A DNA stretch of 36,624 nucleotides from a virus (lineage: Duplodnaviria; Caudoviricetes): positions 1-36,624 of the IMG/VR virus record IMGVR_UViG_3300013767_000179. One strand, 5' to 3'. Numbering within the stretch: position 1 is the first letter of the stretch; each line of letters begins with the position of its first letter. Both the position numbers and the translations under genes were made by a program. The notes beneath the pieces were generated by a model. The model was given only the letters and a program-made list of their open reading frames with translations. It was not told the DNA's origin and did no database searches. This document shows positions 16,509 to 25,268 of this stretch, in pieces.

Positions 16509-17558
16509 ATGGCCACTTCGAATGCGGTCCTCCACCGCGACGTGCTGCTGTCGAACTACGTCCAGCGGTGGGAGCCCCCGAAAACCAACTGGTTCCTCTC
16601 CGATTGGTTCTTCCCGACCATGCGGGTCGAGAAGGAGACCAATGTCTGGAAGCGGATCAACCAGAGCACGTTCCAGCAGACCGTCGAGACCGTGGTCTCT
16701 GCCGACGGCGACGTGGCCGAGGTCCAGTTCTACGTCGATCCCGATGGCCAGTACCGCTGCCGGGCGCACGCGCTCGAGGGCGTGATCGATCACTACGATC
16801 GCGCGCGCGCCGACGACATCCTCCAGTACGAGCAGCTCCAGACCGACATCCCGATGACGGTGTTGGCCAACTCGCTCGAGCTCGAAGGCTTCGGCACGCT
16901 CCGGGACATCGCGAACCTCGGCTCGTCCTACAAGGTGCTCGGCCCCGACGAGCTGTTCGACAACTACACTTCGCTGAAGTCGAACCCGGTGCTCGAGATC
17001 CGGAAGGCGTGCGAGTACATCATCTCGCAGATCGGGCGCAAGCCGAACCGGATGGCGTTCGACTTCCTCGCCTGGCGCGGCATGCAGTTCAATCCGGCGA
17101 TGCAGGCGATCGCGCCGGTGCACACCACGCCCGCCGGGCTGCAGATGATCACGGTCGAGATGCTCGAGAAGAAGCTCGAGGATGTGCTCGAGCCGGGCTC
17201 GATCAAGATCACCTTCGGGCGCTACGAGACGAAGCGCGGACCGCAGCAGGGAGCGAAGCGCAGCTGGATCGGCGGCGACGTGCCGATCGCGTACATCGAG
17301 CCGCCTTCGCTGAAGTCGGTCGGCGCCACCCACCGCTTCGCGTTCGTCGGCAAGAACTCCCCGGCCGACGACGGCAACCCCGCCGACACGATCGGCGCGT
17401 ACACGTACCCGAAGCCCGAGCGCGGGCCCGACGGCTCGACCATCGTTCGCGTGCGCACCAACGTCCAGTACAAGGTGGTCAAGACCGAGTCGCTGTTCGT
17501 GCTCAAGGGCGTGGTCGACACGTCGAACCCCGACCTCTACCGCGGCGAATTGACCTGA
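16509..17558 (+). CDS. Major capsid protein
   Basis: LHRDVLLSNY..FLSDWFFPTMRVEKET N-terminus, IGRKPNRM motif, 349 aa, position after protease/decoration, CAGGAG RBS. Confidence 0.85.
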   Translation: MATSNAVLHRDVLLSNYVQRWEPPKTNWFLSDWFFPTMRVEKETNVWKRINQSTFQQTVETVVSADGDVAEVQFYVDPDGQYRCRAHALEGVIDHYDRARADDILQYEQLQTDIPMTVLANSLELEGFGTLRDIANLGSSYKVLGPDELFDNYTSLKSNPVLEIRKACEYIISQIGRKPNRMAFDFLAWRGMQFNPAMQAIAPVHTTPAGLQMITVEMLEKKLEDVLEPGSIKITFGRYETKRGPQQGAKRSWIGGDVPIAYIEPPSLKSVGATHRFAFVGKNSPADDGNPADTIGAYTYPKPERGPDGSTIVRVRTNVQYKVVKTESLFVLKGVVDTSNPDLYRGELT

Positions 17559-17571
17559 ACGGGAGGACGAC

Positions 17572-18474
17572 GTGTCTCATGAGGCGGCCATGATTGTATC
17601 CTGCCGGCATGCGCAACCCCCGGCCCTTTCCGATGCAATGGATGCCGTCGTCTATCACGCCAAGCTACGCGGCGCAGTCGTCTGCCCGGTCGTCATGATC
17701 GCCGCCTATTTCGACGAGAGCAGTGACCAGCAGCAGGAGCGCATTTTCGTCGTCGCTGGCTACATAGGGCTTGAGGAGCATTGGCGGGCGCTATCACGCA
17801 AGTGGGCAACCATGCTATCCGATGTTGGCATCGCGGAGTTTCACGCGGTCGACTGCGAACACGGAACGGCGCAGTTTGCCGGCATGTCTCGTCGGCGTAG
17901 GCAAGGCATACAGCGACGCTTTGTCGAGCTACTTGCGGATGAGTCCAATGGCCTGATCGGCATTGTCGGCGCGATCATGCTTGGACCATATGCAAGATTG
18001 CGTCAGCGCTTTAGGGAGTCGCGGAGGATTCCGCCGGGGCTTCCGATCAGCGGGACCCTGGATCACCCGTATTATCTGGCATTTCAATTGGCCATCGAGT
18101 CCGCGGCTATTAATCCGGCGGTCACTGCGCTGCCGGCAATTGAGAAACTGGACTTCGTGTTTGATAGGCACAGCCTTGGCGGTCGGATACCGACGCTCTT
18201 TGGTAGCATTCAAGGTGATCACAGCCTGGGCTATTCGTCACGCCTTGCGAGTGTGCAGTTTCACTCTCGGACCACCGTGCTTCCGCTTCAGGCTGCTGAT
18301 TTGTTGGCCTATGAGGCATACCGATTCGGCGATACGCAGCTATCAGGCAATCAAGCCGAAACCAGATGGCAATTCTCAGCCCTGGCGAGGCGAGTCTCGC
18401 GCCCGGGTTACTTGGACGAGGCTGCGCTGTTGGCGATTCTTGGGGACGAGAAAGCGTCGGAGAAAAACAGATGA
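17572..18474 (+). CDS. DUF3800 family protein (accessory insert; start uncertain)
   Basis: AYFDES..FVVAG..EFH..VFD..LQAADLLAY motifs; visibly more AT-rich codons than flanks. Confidence 0.82.
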   Translation: MSHEAAMIVSCRHAQPPALSDAMDAVVYHAKLRGAVVCPVVMIAAYFDESSDQQQERIFVVAGYIGLEEHWRALSRKWATMLSDVGIAEFHAVDCEHGTAQFAGMSRRRRQGIQRRFVELLADESNGLIGIVGAIMLGPYARLRQRFRESRRIPPGLPISGTLDHPYYLAFQLAIESAAINPAVTALPAIEKLDFVFDRHSLGGRIPTLFGSIQGDHSLGYSSRLASVQFHSRTTVLPLQAADLLAYEAYRFGDTQLSGNQAETRWQFSALARRVSRPGYLDEAALLAILGDEKASEKNR

Positions 18475-18494
18475 GTGCCGCTGAGAGGAACGTC

Positions 18495-18824
18495 ATGCCG
18501 GAGCCGAAGAAGATCCGCGCCAAGGTCGTGTGCCACCAATACGGCACGCACTTCCGTGGTGACATCGTCGAAGTGGAGGAGCGCGAGTACAAGCGCGTCG
18601 GCGCGCTCGTTCTCCTCTCGAAGGAGGATGAAGAAGTGCAGCGCAAAGAGCAGGCGGAGAGGCGTGCGGCGCAAGCGAGCCACGTGCAGGAGGATCGCTC
18701 GGCGGCGAACGGCTGGGCGGAGAAGGAGGCCGAGGCGCTGCGCATCGTCAGGGCGCGCCAGCTCGAGGAGCAGAAGCGCCAGCGCGAGCTGCTCGCCGGC
18801 ACCGGCACCACCGGGAACGGATGA
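18495..18824 (+). CDS. Hypothetical head-completion region protein
   Basis: GAGGA RBS; HFRGDIVEV N-terminus plus coiled coil; position after capsid. Confidence 0.65.
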   Translation: MPEPKKIRAKVVCHQYGTHFRGDIVEVEEREYKRVGALVLLSKEDEEVQRKEQAERRAAQASHVQEDRSAANGWAEKEAEALRIVRARQLEEQKRQRELLAGTGTTGNG

Positions 18825-18827
18825 ACC

Positions 18828-19271
18828 ATGCGGCTCACGCAGGCCAAGCTCGAGGGCGCGATCGGCGGCGCCGACAAGCTGCGCGACCTCCTCGACAAGA
18901 ACTTCGACGGTGTCGCCGACGCAGATCTGGTCGCGCAGGTGATTGACGCCGCCGAGGGCGAAGCGGCTTCCGCGATCCAGGTCGCAGTCGACCTCGACGA
19001 CCCGCGCGTCGACGGCTCGCTCGTCCTCGAGCAGCGCAAGCTCCAGCTCGCGGTCTACTGGGCGTACCAGAAGGGCACGTCGGGCCAGGCGGTTCCGCAG
19101 GACGTGCGCGAGGGCTACGAGGACACACTCCGGTGGCTCGACGACGTCGCCAAGGGCACGCGCACGCTCGGCTCCGCGCGCCATCCAGCGACCTCCTACC
19201 CGGTCGAGGTGATCGACATCGATCCGCAGCAGACGCGCACCACCCGTCGCAACCTCAAGGGCTTTTGTTGA
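18828..19271 (+). CDS. Head-tail connector, Mu gp36/DUF1320 family
   Basis: DGVADADLVAQVIDAAEGEA..LAVYW..YEDTLRWLDDVAKG. Confidence 0.85.
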   Translation: MRLTQAKLEGAIGGADKLRDLLDKNFDGVADADLVAQVIDAAEGEAASAIQVAVDLDDPRVDGSLVLEQRKLQLAVYWAYQKGTSGQAVPQDVREGYEDTLRWLDDVAKGTRTLGSARHPATSYPVEVIDIDPQQTRTTRRNLKGFC

Positions 19272-19280
19272 CGGGCCGGG

Positions 19281-19679
19281 CTATTCGATGCGTTCGGCTT
19301 GGATGAGTCCTTCGCGGGAACGGATCTCGTAGTTGAAGTGGCGCAGAAAGCCCAAACCCAGGAGCCCGTTGATTTCGTATTCCTCGGGAAGGTCGAGCGC
19401 GTTGAGGCGAAAGTCAGTGAATTCGAAACCGAGCGCACGGAACCGTGCAACCCGAATTAGATAGCCGTGCTCTTTGCCGACCGTCGAACGTGTGACGGTG
19501 ATGGCCTCGCCCTGTCGCGCACTGTAACCGAGCCCGTCGAGGACTGCTGGAGTCACGATCGTTTCGGCCGCGCCAGTGTCGAGGATGAGACGAAGAGCCG
19601 TTCGATTCCCATGTGGGCCCCACAAGCTGCCGCGCACGAAGATGAGACCTGCGGCCGGGTCGAAGCGGGTTCGCTTCAC
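19281..19679 (-). CDS. Retropepsin-like (clan AA) aspartic protease
   Basis: LILDTGA catalytic motif and GLLGLGFL; GTGA-coupled to upstream gene. Confidence 0.88.
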   Translation of the reverse strand: MKRTRFDPAAGLIFVRGSLWGPHGNRTALRLILDTGAAETIVTPAVLDGLGYSARQGEAITVTRSTVGKEHGYLIRVARFRALGFEFTDFRLNALDLPEEYEINGLLGLGFLRHFNYEIRSREGLIQAERIE

Positions 19680-19948
19680 CGTGGAAAGAACGGCGGCAGT
19701 GGACGCACGCGGCCGGTAAAGAAGATTCCGGAGTCCATCACCTCGGCGAGGAGAGGCTTGGTTTGGCGCATCACCTCTTTGCTGTTCTTCGCGTGACCGA
19801 GGACGACGGCCCTACCGAATTCGAGGTTATCGTCGTCGAACCACTCGATCTCAACCAGGACCACCCATTCGTCGGGATAGCGCTGACAGATCTCGCTCCA
19901 GGTCAGCCGTTCCGGCCCGGGCGAGGCGGTCGATTGTGCTTCGTTCAT
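19676..19948 (-). CDS. Small DUF5678-like protein
   Basis: LTWSEICQRYPDEWVVL..VLGH..FFTG pattern; coupled to protease. Confidence 0.65.
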   Translation of the reverse strand: MNEAQSTASPGPERLTWSEICQRYPDEWVVLVEIEWFDDDNLEFGRAVVLGHAKNSKEVMRQTKPLLAEVMDSGIFFTGRVRPLPPFFPR

Positions 19949-19954
19949 GGTCCG

Positions 19955-19983
19955 ATCTCGGCAGCCCCGCGAGCACGAGTCAA
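19955..19983 (-). promoter_or_regulatory. Candidate sigma-70 promoter, leaderless
   Basis: TTGACT-N17-CGAGAT-N6-ATG on minus strand (weak -10). Confidence 0.4.
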
Positions 19984-20013
19984 GTTTTCTGTCCCCACAC
20001 GAGGTGAAGCCAG

Positions 20014-20727
20014 GTGCGTGTCAGGCTATCGGTCGATACCACGGCGGGCCGGCGGCGGCTCGAGCTGATCGTTCGCGCGCTGGCCGACCTCCAGCCGCCC
20101 TTGAAGATGTTCGGCGCGTACTTGCGCGGGAAGTTCAAAGATCGCTTCACTGCGGAGGGGCCGGGCTGGCCGCCGCTCGCGCAATCGACCGGGCACCACC
20201 TGCTACAGAGCTACACGGGCAAGGTCACCCGCGCGGGGAAGCTGCGTGAATCGCCGCGCCTCAAGCGCTTGCGGCGGCAGCTTCAGCGCGATGTCAAGAA
20301 GGAGCGGCTCGATGCGCGCGTGCTGGTTGCGTTCGAGCGAGCGACGCGCTCAACGGGCGGTGGCGCGCTCGGGGAAGCCGTGCGCCACTACGCCGCCGGC
20401 CACCGATACGCCCGCGAGCTCGCGAACCTGGCCAAGCAGCTCGATCGCGCGCACGCCGGCAAGCGGCGCAAACAGAAGCGCGCGATTACCAAGCACCAGC
20501 ACCTCCTCGGCCGGCTTGGCTCGACGATCAAGGCGCGCCTCTCCGGCAATGTCATCGTCGTCGGCTCGTTCGTACCCTGGGCGGGAATCCACAATGAGGG
20601 CGGCGCGGCTGGGCACGGCGCGATGATCCCGAGGCGCACGTTTGCCGAGCTCGAGAGCGACGACGTGGACGTGCTCGTCAAGGTCTTGGTGGCGCGCGCC
20701 ATCGGCGTCGCCAACGCGAGGCTCTGA
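20014..20727 (+). CDS. Virion morphogenesis protein, Mu gpG/P2 gpS-like
   Basis: RFTAEGPGWPPL..VGSFVPWAGIHNEGG..IPRRTF motifs. Confidence 0.8.
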   Translation: MRVRLSVDTTAGRRRLELIVRALADLQPPLKMFGAYLRGKFKDRFTAEGPGWPPLAQSTGHHLLQSYTGKVTRAGKLRESPRLKRLRRQLQRDVKKERLDARVLVAFERATRSTGGGALGEAVRHYAAGHRYARELANLAKQLDRAHAGKRRKQKRAITKHQHLLGRLGSTIKARLSGNVIVVGSFVPWAGIHNEGGAAGHGAMIPRRTFAELESDDVDVLVKVLVARAIGVANARL

Positions 20728-20729
20728 TC

Positions 20730-21554
20730 ATGGACATTACCTTCAGGAACGCCCGGCTCGTGATCGACACGGCGCTGCGCGATACCTTGCTCTTCGCGTA
20801 CGGCCGGCGCTTGCCGCCCGTGGCGACGCTCGACGCGCTCGCCCGAGCGTCGTCGGCATCCCTTGCCGACGACGACCTGCGCCACGTCACCGCGGCGCTG
20901 CGCACGTATCGATTTGTCCGCAGCGACGCGCGCGCAGCCGACGGCGAACTGATCATCGCACCGGCCGATCTGCAACCAGGGGCTCCCGGTCGCTGGCTGC
21001 GAACCGGGTCGCCCATCGCCGACGGCTACCTCGAGCGCTGCGAGCTCTACAACGAGGACGAGGATCAGGAGACGATGACCGAGCGCTTGTTGTCGAAGAA
21101 GCCGGCGCTCTTGATGTCGTTCGAGGGCGCGCGCCACAAGCCGGTCTCCAACCGCGCGGGCGCGCTCTACTGGTACGCCGTCTCCTATCGCCTCCTCGCC
21201 ATCAGCACCAACATGCGCGGCGGCGAAGCGGCGTGGCACGGCAGCCCCCGCATCGATGAGCGCAAGATCGATCCCGGCACGGCGGCGATTCTCGGCGACG
21301 CCAAGGCGGTGCTCGCAGGCAGCGACCTCGGCCTCGGCGGCGCGGTCGAGCGGGTCGAGCTCGGCGAGGAGCGGCCGGTGATCGTCGCGCTCGCCAAGCG
21401 CACCGTCGTCGAAGCGCTCGACATCACCGTCTGGACGACGCTCCGGCCCGAGGAAGAGATCGTGCCGCTCGAGGGTGCCGACGCGCACCAACAACTGGTG
21501 GACGGCGATACCGTCGAGCTCTCGGTCGACTCCAATGTCGATTTTGACCGCTGA
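20730..21554 (+). CDS. Mu gp37-like tail completion protein with inserted domain
   Basis: PALLMSFEG..YRLLAISTNMRG; position between gpG and gp38/sheath. Confidence 0.6.
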   Translation: MDITFRNARLVIDTALRDTLLFAYGRRLPPVATLDALARASSASLADDDLRHVTAALRTYRFVRSDARAADGELIIAPADLQPGAPGRWLRTGSPIADGYLERCELYNEDEDQETMTERLLSKKPALLMSFEGARHKPVSNRAGALYWYAVSYRLLAISTNMRGGEAAWHGSPRIDERKIDPGTAAILGDAKAVLAGSDLGLGGAVERVELGEERPVIVALAKRTVVEALDITVWTTLRPEEEIVPLEGADAHQQLVDGDTVELSVDSNVDFDR

Positions 21555-21560
21555 GGAACG

Positions 21561-21569
21561 TGCTATCAT
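21561..21569 (+). promoter_or_regulatory. Extended -10 promoter element, leaderless
   Basis: TGcTATCAT then 7 nt to ATG 21577. Confidence 0.5.
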
Positions 21570-21576
21570 TTCTTCG

Positions 21577-21885
21577 ATGAAGTCGATCGAAGAAGTCGCG
21601 CGCGATCTGGCAGTCGCTCATCGACGGGAGGATCCGGCCACGAAGGAAATCTTCTTCTTGCGGCCGTCCGGTCGGGTCGATGAGGTCCGGCTCGTCGAGG
21701 TGTCTGGGTCGGCTGACTCCGCGGGAGAGGTTCTGCCGTTTCGGTTTGGCCCGAACGCAACAGAGGGTGTTCCGTACGCGTCCGTTGTCATCCTTCTCAG
21801 CCCCGAGGACTGGGAGCGCGTCAAGCGTGGCGACCTCGAGCTGCCCGAGGGTTGGAACAGGGACGACCTTCATCCCATCCAGTAG
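21577..21885 (+). CDS. Small protein, degenerate MNT-like partner of HEPN protein
   Basis: 102 aa; EVRLVEVS..VVILLSPEDWERVKRG; immediately upstream of HEPN gene. Confidence 0.6.
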   Translation: MKSIEEVARDLAVAHRREDPATKEIFFLRPSGRVDEVRLVEVSGSADSAGEVLPFRFGPNATEGVPYASVVILLSPEDWERVKRGDLELPEGWNRDDLHPIQ

Positions 21886-21888
21886 GCG

Positions 21889-22371
21889 ATGGCATCGACT
21901 TCTGATTGGGCGGCAGGTTACCTGGCACAAGCTCGGGCAGATCTGAACGCCGCGCGGATCCTGGGAGCACAAGAACCGTCGGTACTGGCGATGCTGCTCC
22001 AGATGACGTTCGAGAAGCTTGCCAAGGCGGCGCTTCTTCGATCGCGAGCAATCTCGATCGCCAAAGCGTGCTCGTCCCACAAGGCGGCGTCGCAGATGAT
22101 GCGCGTATTGAAGCGACAGCGTCGAGGGCCGACTGGCGATTGGCAGCAGGCGTTCCGTGTCGTCACGGAGTTGGAGCAGGCACATCCGGCTCTCGCCGCG
22201 GGCGCGCAGCTCGAATACCCCTGGGAAGGACCGGGCGGAGAGATCCGCTGGCCTGCCGATCATCTCTCGATAGCCGCCGAGCTTGGAAGCCCAAAGAAGA
22301 GGCTCGGTGCACAGATCCTTCAGTTCGCGCGTAGGCTGAGCGACGAGTTCGATCAAGTCTTTCCGGCTTGA
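21889..22371 (+). CDS. HEPN domain protein
   Basis: YLAQARADLNAARIL..LQMTFEKLAKA..SH..EYPW helical HEPN pattern. Confidence 0.72.
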   Translation: MASTSDWAAGYLAQARADLNAARILGAQEPSVLAMLLQMTFEKLAKAALLRSRAISIAKACSSHKAASQMMRVLKRQRRGPTGDWQQAFRVVTELEQAHPALAAGAQLEYPWEGPGGEIRWPADHLSIAAELGSPKKRLGAQILQFARRLSDEFDQVFPA

Positions 22372-22431
22372 CCGCTCATTCCTGACGCGCTCGCGCGTCG
22401 TCTTCCAATCCGTCGTCGCGGGGTCCCTCCA

Positions 22432-22653
22432 GTGATCTCAATGTTCAAGATGGGCCAGCGCGTGCGCGTCTGGCCGCGGCCGGGTGTGCGTGTGCTCGAG
22501 CATCCTGGCATCGCCGACCGCTTTTTGCCCGCCGAGGGCGCCATCGTCGAGTGGTCGACCTGGTGGGCGCGGCGCGCCAGCGACGGTTCGATTCTCCTCA
22601 GCGATCCAACCAAGAAAACGAGCGCGCCGGCGCCGTCGGGTGAGCCGTCATGA
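22432..22653 (+). CDS. Mu gp38/DUF2635-like small protein
   Basis: VWPRPGVRV..FLPAEGAIVEWSTWWARRASDGSI; ATGA overlap with sheath. Confidence 0.8.
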   Translation: MISMFKMGQRVRVWPRPGVRVLEHPGIADRFLPAEGAIVEWSTWWARRASDGSILLSDPTKKTSAPAPSGEPS

Positions 22654-24398
22654 CCATTTCCGCGCCTCTGAACCCCGATCTGCCGCCGTCGAGCTGGCGG
22701 GTCCCGGGGATCTACATCAGCCTCGACCTGCGCGGGTCTTCGGCCGGGATCGGGAACCTGTCGAAGCGCATCCTCCTCGTCGGCCACAAGACCTCGACGG
22801 GGATCGCGCCGCTCAACACCGTGGTCCCGCTGCAGGGGCAGGCGACCGCGAACCTCTCCTTCGGTCGCGGCTCCGATCTCGCGCGCCTGCACGCCGCCGC
22901 GCTGTCGCAGATCGGCGGCGGTGCGGCCGACCTCTACGGCATCGCCATTCCCGAGCCGGTCGGCGGCACGGCATCCACGCACCTCATCACGTTCGTCGGA
23001 GACGCCAAGGGCGCGGGCGCGGTCGACGTCACCATCTGCGGCTACACGACCACGGTCGCGATCGCGAACCTCGACACCGCCGCTGCGATCGCCAGTCACG
23101 TCGCTTCAGCGATCAACAAGCAGCTCCTCGACGTGCCGCTCACCGCGCAGGCCAACGGCGCGACGGTCACGCTCGTCTATCGCCACGTCGGCGTCGTCGG
23201 CAACGACCTGCCGGTGATGGTGTCCTTCTCCGGCAACTCGGGCGTGCGCGCCTCGCCCGGCACCATCAGCTTCAACGGCCTCGGCGCCGGGGACGGCTCA
23301 GTGGTGGTCGACATCGGCACGGCAACGGTGCAGGCCGCCATCAAGAACGCCGACACCGGGATCGTCGTCGCGCAATCGCTCGCCGCCGCGTTCGCCGCCG
23401 ATGCGTATCCGTGCACGGCCGAGGCAGGCGCGGCGGGTCTGCTCACGCTCTATTACGCGCCCGGCCGCGTCGTGCACCGGATCTCGTCTGCGATCTACAC
23501 GACCACCGGGGTCGCGGTCGCTCTGGCCGTGGGTGTCGCCGGCGCGGGCGAACCGGCGCTCACGCAGGGGCTCGGCAATATCGCCGGGCAGGCGGCCTTT
23601 CCGTGCTGGACGTCATCCTTCCTCGACGCCGATTCGCTCGGCGCGATGGCCGCGCACATCGAGTCCTACGCCGACGGCAAGCGCCAGAAAGATCAGCAGC
23701 TGTTCCTCGGCTCGAGCGAGTCGCTTCTCTCAGCCGGCGCGCTTCCGCCCTCGACGACGCCGACGCTCTCCGGCTCGCCCCGGTATGCGATCGGCTGGTG
23801 TCCCGATGCGCCCGAGCAGGCGTATGAGCTCGGCGCGCGTCTGGCCGCGCGCGTCTGCATCGAAGACTATCACCCGTACAACTACGACGGCGAACCTCTC
23901 CAGACCGACGGAGTGGTGCCGCTCTTGCTCCCGCACCAGAACTCGCGACCGGATCCGGACGAGCAGAACGCCGCCCTACAGCTCGGGCTCACCCCGCTCG
24001 TCGTCGACGAGGCGCTTGGCCAGCTCACGATCTTGAGCGACCGCACCACGATCGACTCCCAAGATGATCGTCTGTGGGCGTGGGGCACGATCAGGACCCT
24101 CGGGTTCTACCGGTTCGACCTGGCGGCGTTCCTGAAGCAGCGCTTCCCGCACAAGAGCCTGAAGCTCTACGGCGAGCCGCGCACGCCGAACACGGTCAAG
24201 CTCGACTCGATCAGGGACGCGGTCATCGAGCGCATCCGCACCTGGGACAACCTCGATCTCTTCGACGGCGTGGATGACCTCAAGGATCAGGTGCGGGTCA
24301 GCCCGAACGCGAACAACCGCCACCGCGTCGACATCTTCGTGCCTTGTCGCCCGCCCGAGAAATTGGATCAGCTGTCGGGCGTTGCCAGCCTGACCTGA
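22650..24398 (+). CDS. Contractile tail sheath protein (Mu gpL-like)
   Basis: WRVPGIYI..ILLVG..FGRGSDLA..EQNAALQLGLTPL..RFPHKSL..RVDIFVP. Confidence 0.92.
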   Translation: MTISAPLNPDLPPSSWRVPGIYISLDLRGSSAGIGNLSKRILLVGHKTSTGIAPLNTVVPLQGQATANLSFGRGSDLARLHAAALSQIGGGAADLYGIAIPEPVGGTASTHLITFVGDAKGAGAVDVTICGYTTTVAIANLDTAAAIASHVASAINKQLLDVPLTAQANGATVTLVYRHVGVVGNDLPVMVSFSGNSGVRASPGTISFNGLGAGDGSVVVDIGTATVQAAIKNADTGIVVAQSLAAAFAADAYPCTAEAGAAGLLTLYYAPGRVVHRISSAIYTTTGVAVALAVGVAGAGEPALTQGLGNIAGQAAFPCWTSSFLDADSLGAMAAHIESYADGKRQKDQQLFLGSSESLLSAGALPPSTTPTLSGSPRYAIGWCPDAPEQAYELGARLAARVCIEDYHPYNYDGEPLQTDGVVPLLLPHQNSRPDPDEQNAALQLGLTPLVVDEALGQLTILSDRTTIDSQDDRLWAWGTIRTLGFYRFDLAAFLKQRFPHKSLKLYGEPRTPNTVKLDSIRDAVIERIRTWDNLDLFDGVDDLKDQVRVSPNANNRHRVDIFVPCRPPEKLDQLSGVASLT

Positions 24399-24413
24399 CC
24401 GAGGAGCAACGCC

Positions 24414-24794
24414 ATGCCTTTCAATCCGCTGGTCGGGCAGATCCCGATCGAGATCAACAACGTCGGAGTTGCGTCGATCACCAAGGTGAGCATCAAGCGT
24501 GCGCGTCAGGTGACGGTGAAGTTCGGGGCATTCGGGCCGATCGGAAGCGCCAAGGGGTTCTACAAGGTGAGCGGCACCTTGACCCTCGCGGTGCCGAAGG
24601 TCGGGCTCGAGATCGATCTGCAGGCGCTCTCCGATTCGGAAGAAGGCTTCACGATCACGTTCCCGAAGGGCGCCGAGCGCTGGGCTGTCTATGGCGCGCA
24701 TCTCTCCGACGACGATCTGATGAACACCCCCGAGCCCGGCGATACGGAAACGACCGTGAACTTCGTCGCGGCCGAGATGCTGCGCATTGCCTGA
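24414..24794 (+). CDS. Tail tube protein
   Basis: 126 aa beta-rich protein directly after sheath; GAGGAG RBS. Confidence 0.75.
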   Translation: MPFNPLVGQIPIEINNVGVASITKVSIKRARQVTVKFGAFGPIGSAKGFYKVSGTLTLAVPKVGLEIDLQALSDSEEGFTITFPKGAERWAVYGAHLSDDDLMNTPEPGDTETTVNFVAAEMLRIA

Positions 24795-24809
24795 TGGAGG
24801 TCGCTGCCC

Positions 24810-25268
24810 ATGAGACTCGGAGACTTTCTTTCCGCCAAGAATCGGGAGGGCGCGACGCCGGCGCCGACCAGGCCGGTCGCGTTCAAGGCGATCGCGCGCG
24901 GCGCGCACGGCGAAGAGTACCTCGTCGACTGCAACGCCGTGCTCGCGTTCGTCGACGAGCAGAAGCGCGATAGGGCCATCGACGCCGCCGAAGCCGCGCT
25001 GCGCCGCGCATACCCCGACGGCTCGGCGCCGGCCGAGAAGCGACGCAACGAGGTCGCCTACCAGGTGCTCATCTACGCGCTTCGGGACGCGGACGAGCAC
25101 CGCGCGCAGTTCGCCGCCGGCGTGGATGAGCTGCGCTCCGCGCTGGTGCAACCGGTGGCGACGCGCCTGTACACCGAGTACATCGAGTTCGTCGACGGCG
25201 AATTTCCGCTGGTGCCCAAAGAAGAGGACATGAAAGAGATGGTGGAAGAGGCGCGAAAAAACTCCTGA
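24810..25268 (+). CDS. Tail assembly chaperone (gpG-like)
   Basis: Between tube and tape measure; ends ARKNS at an A AAA AAC slippery site. Confidence 0.75.
   Translation: MRLGDFLSAKNREGATPAPTRPVAFKAIARGAHGEEYLVDCNAVLAFVDEQKRDRAIDAAEAALRRAYPDGSAPAEKRRNEVAYQVLIYALRDADEHRAQFAAGVDELRSALVQPVATRLYTEYIEFVDGEFPLVPKEEDMKEMVEEARKNS

Larger units (their letters stand above)
21544..22376. repeat. 9-bp direct repeat TTGACCGCT (21544-21552 and 22368-22376) flanking two-gene cassette
   Basis: Both copies read directly at the cassette boundaries. Confidence 0.85.

Noticed and set aside
18478-21561. Similar CCGCTGAG(AG)GAACGT at two insert boundaries (also partially at 6030)
   Set aside because: Explainable by TGA plus Shine-Dalgarno-like composition; a copy also occurs mid-gene
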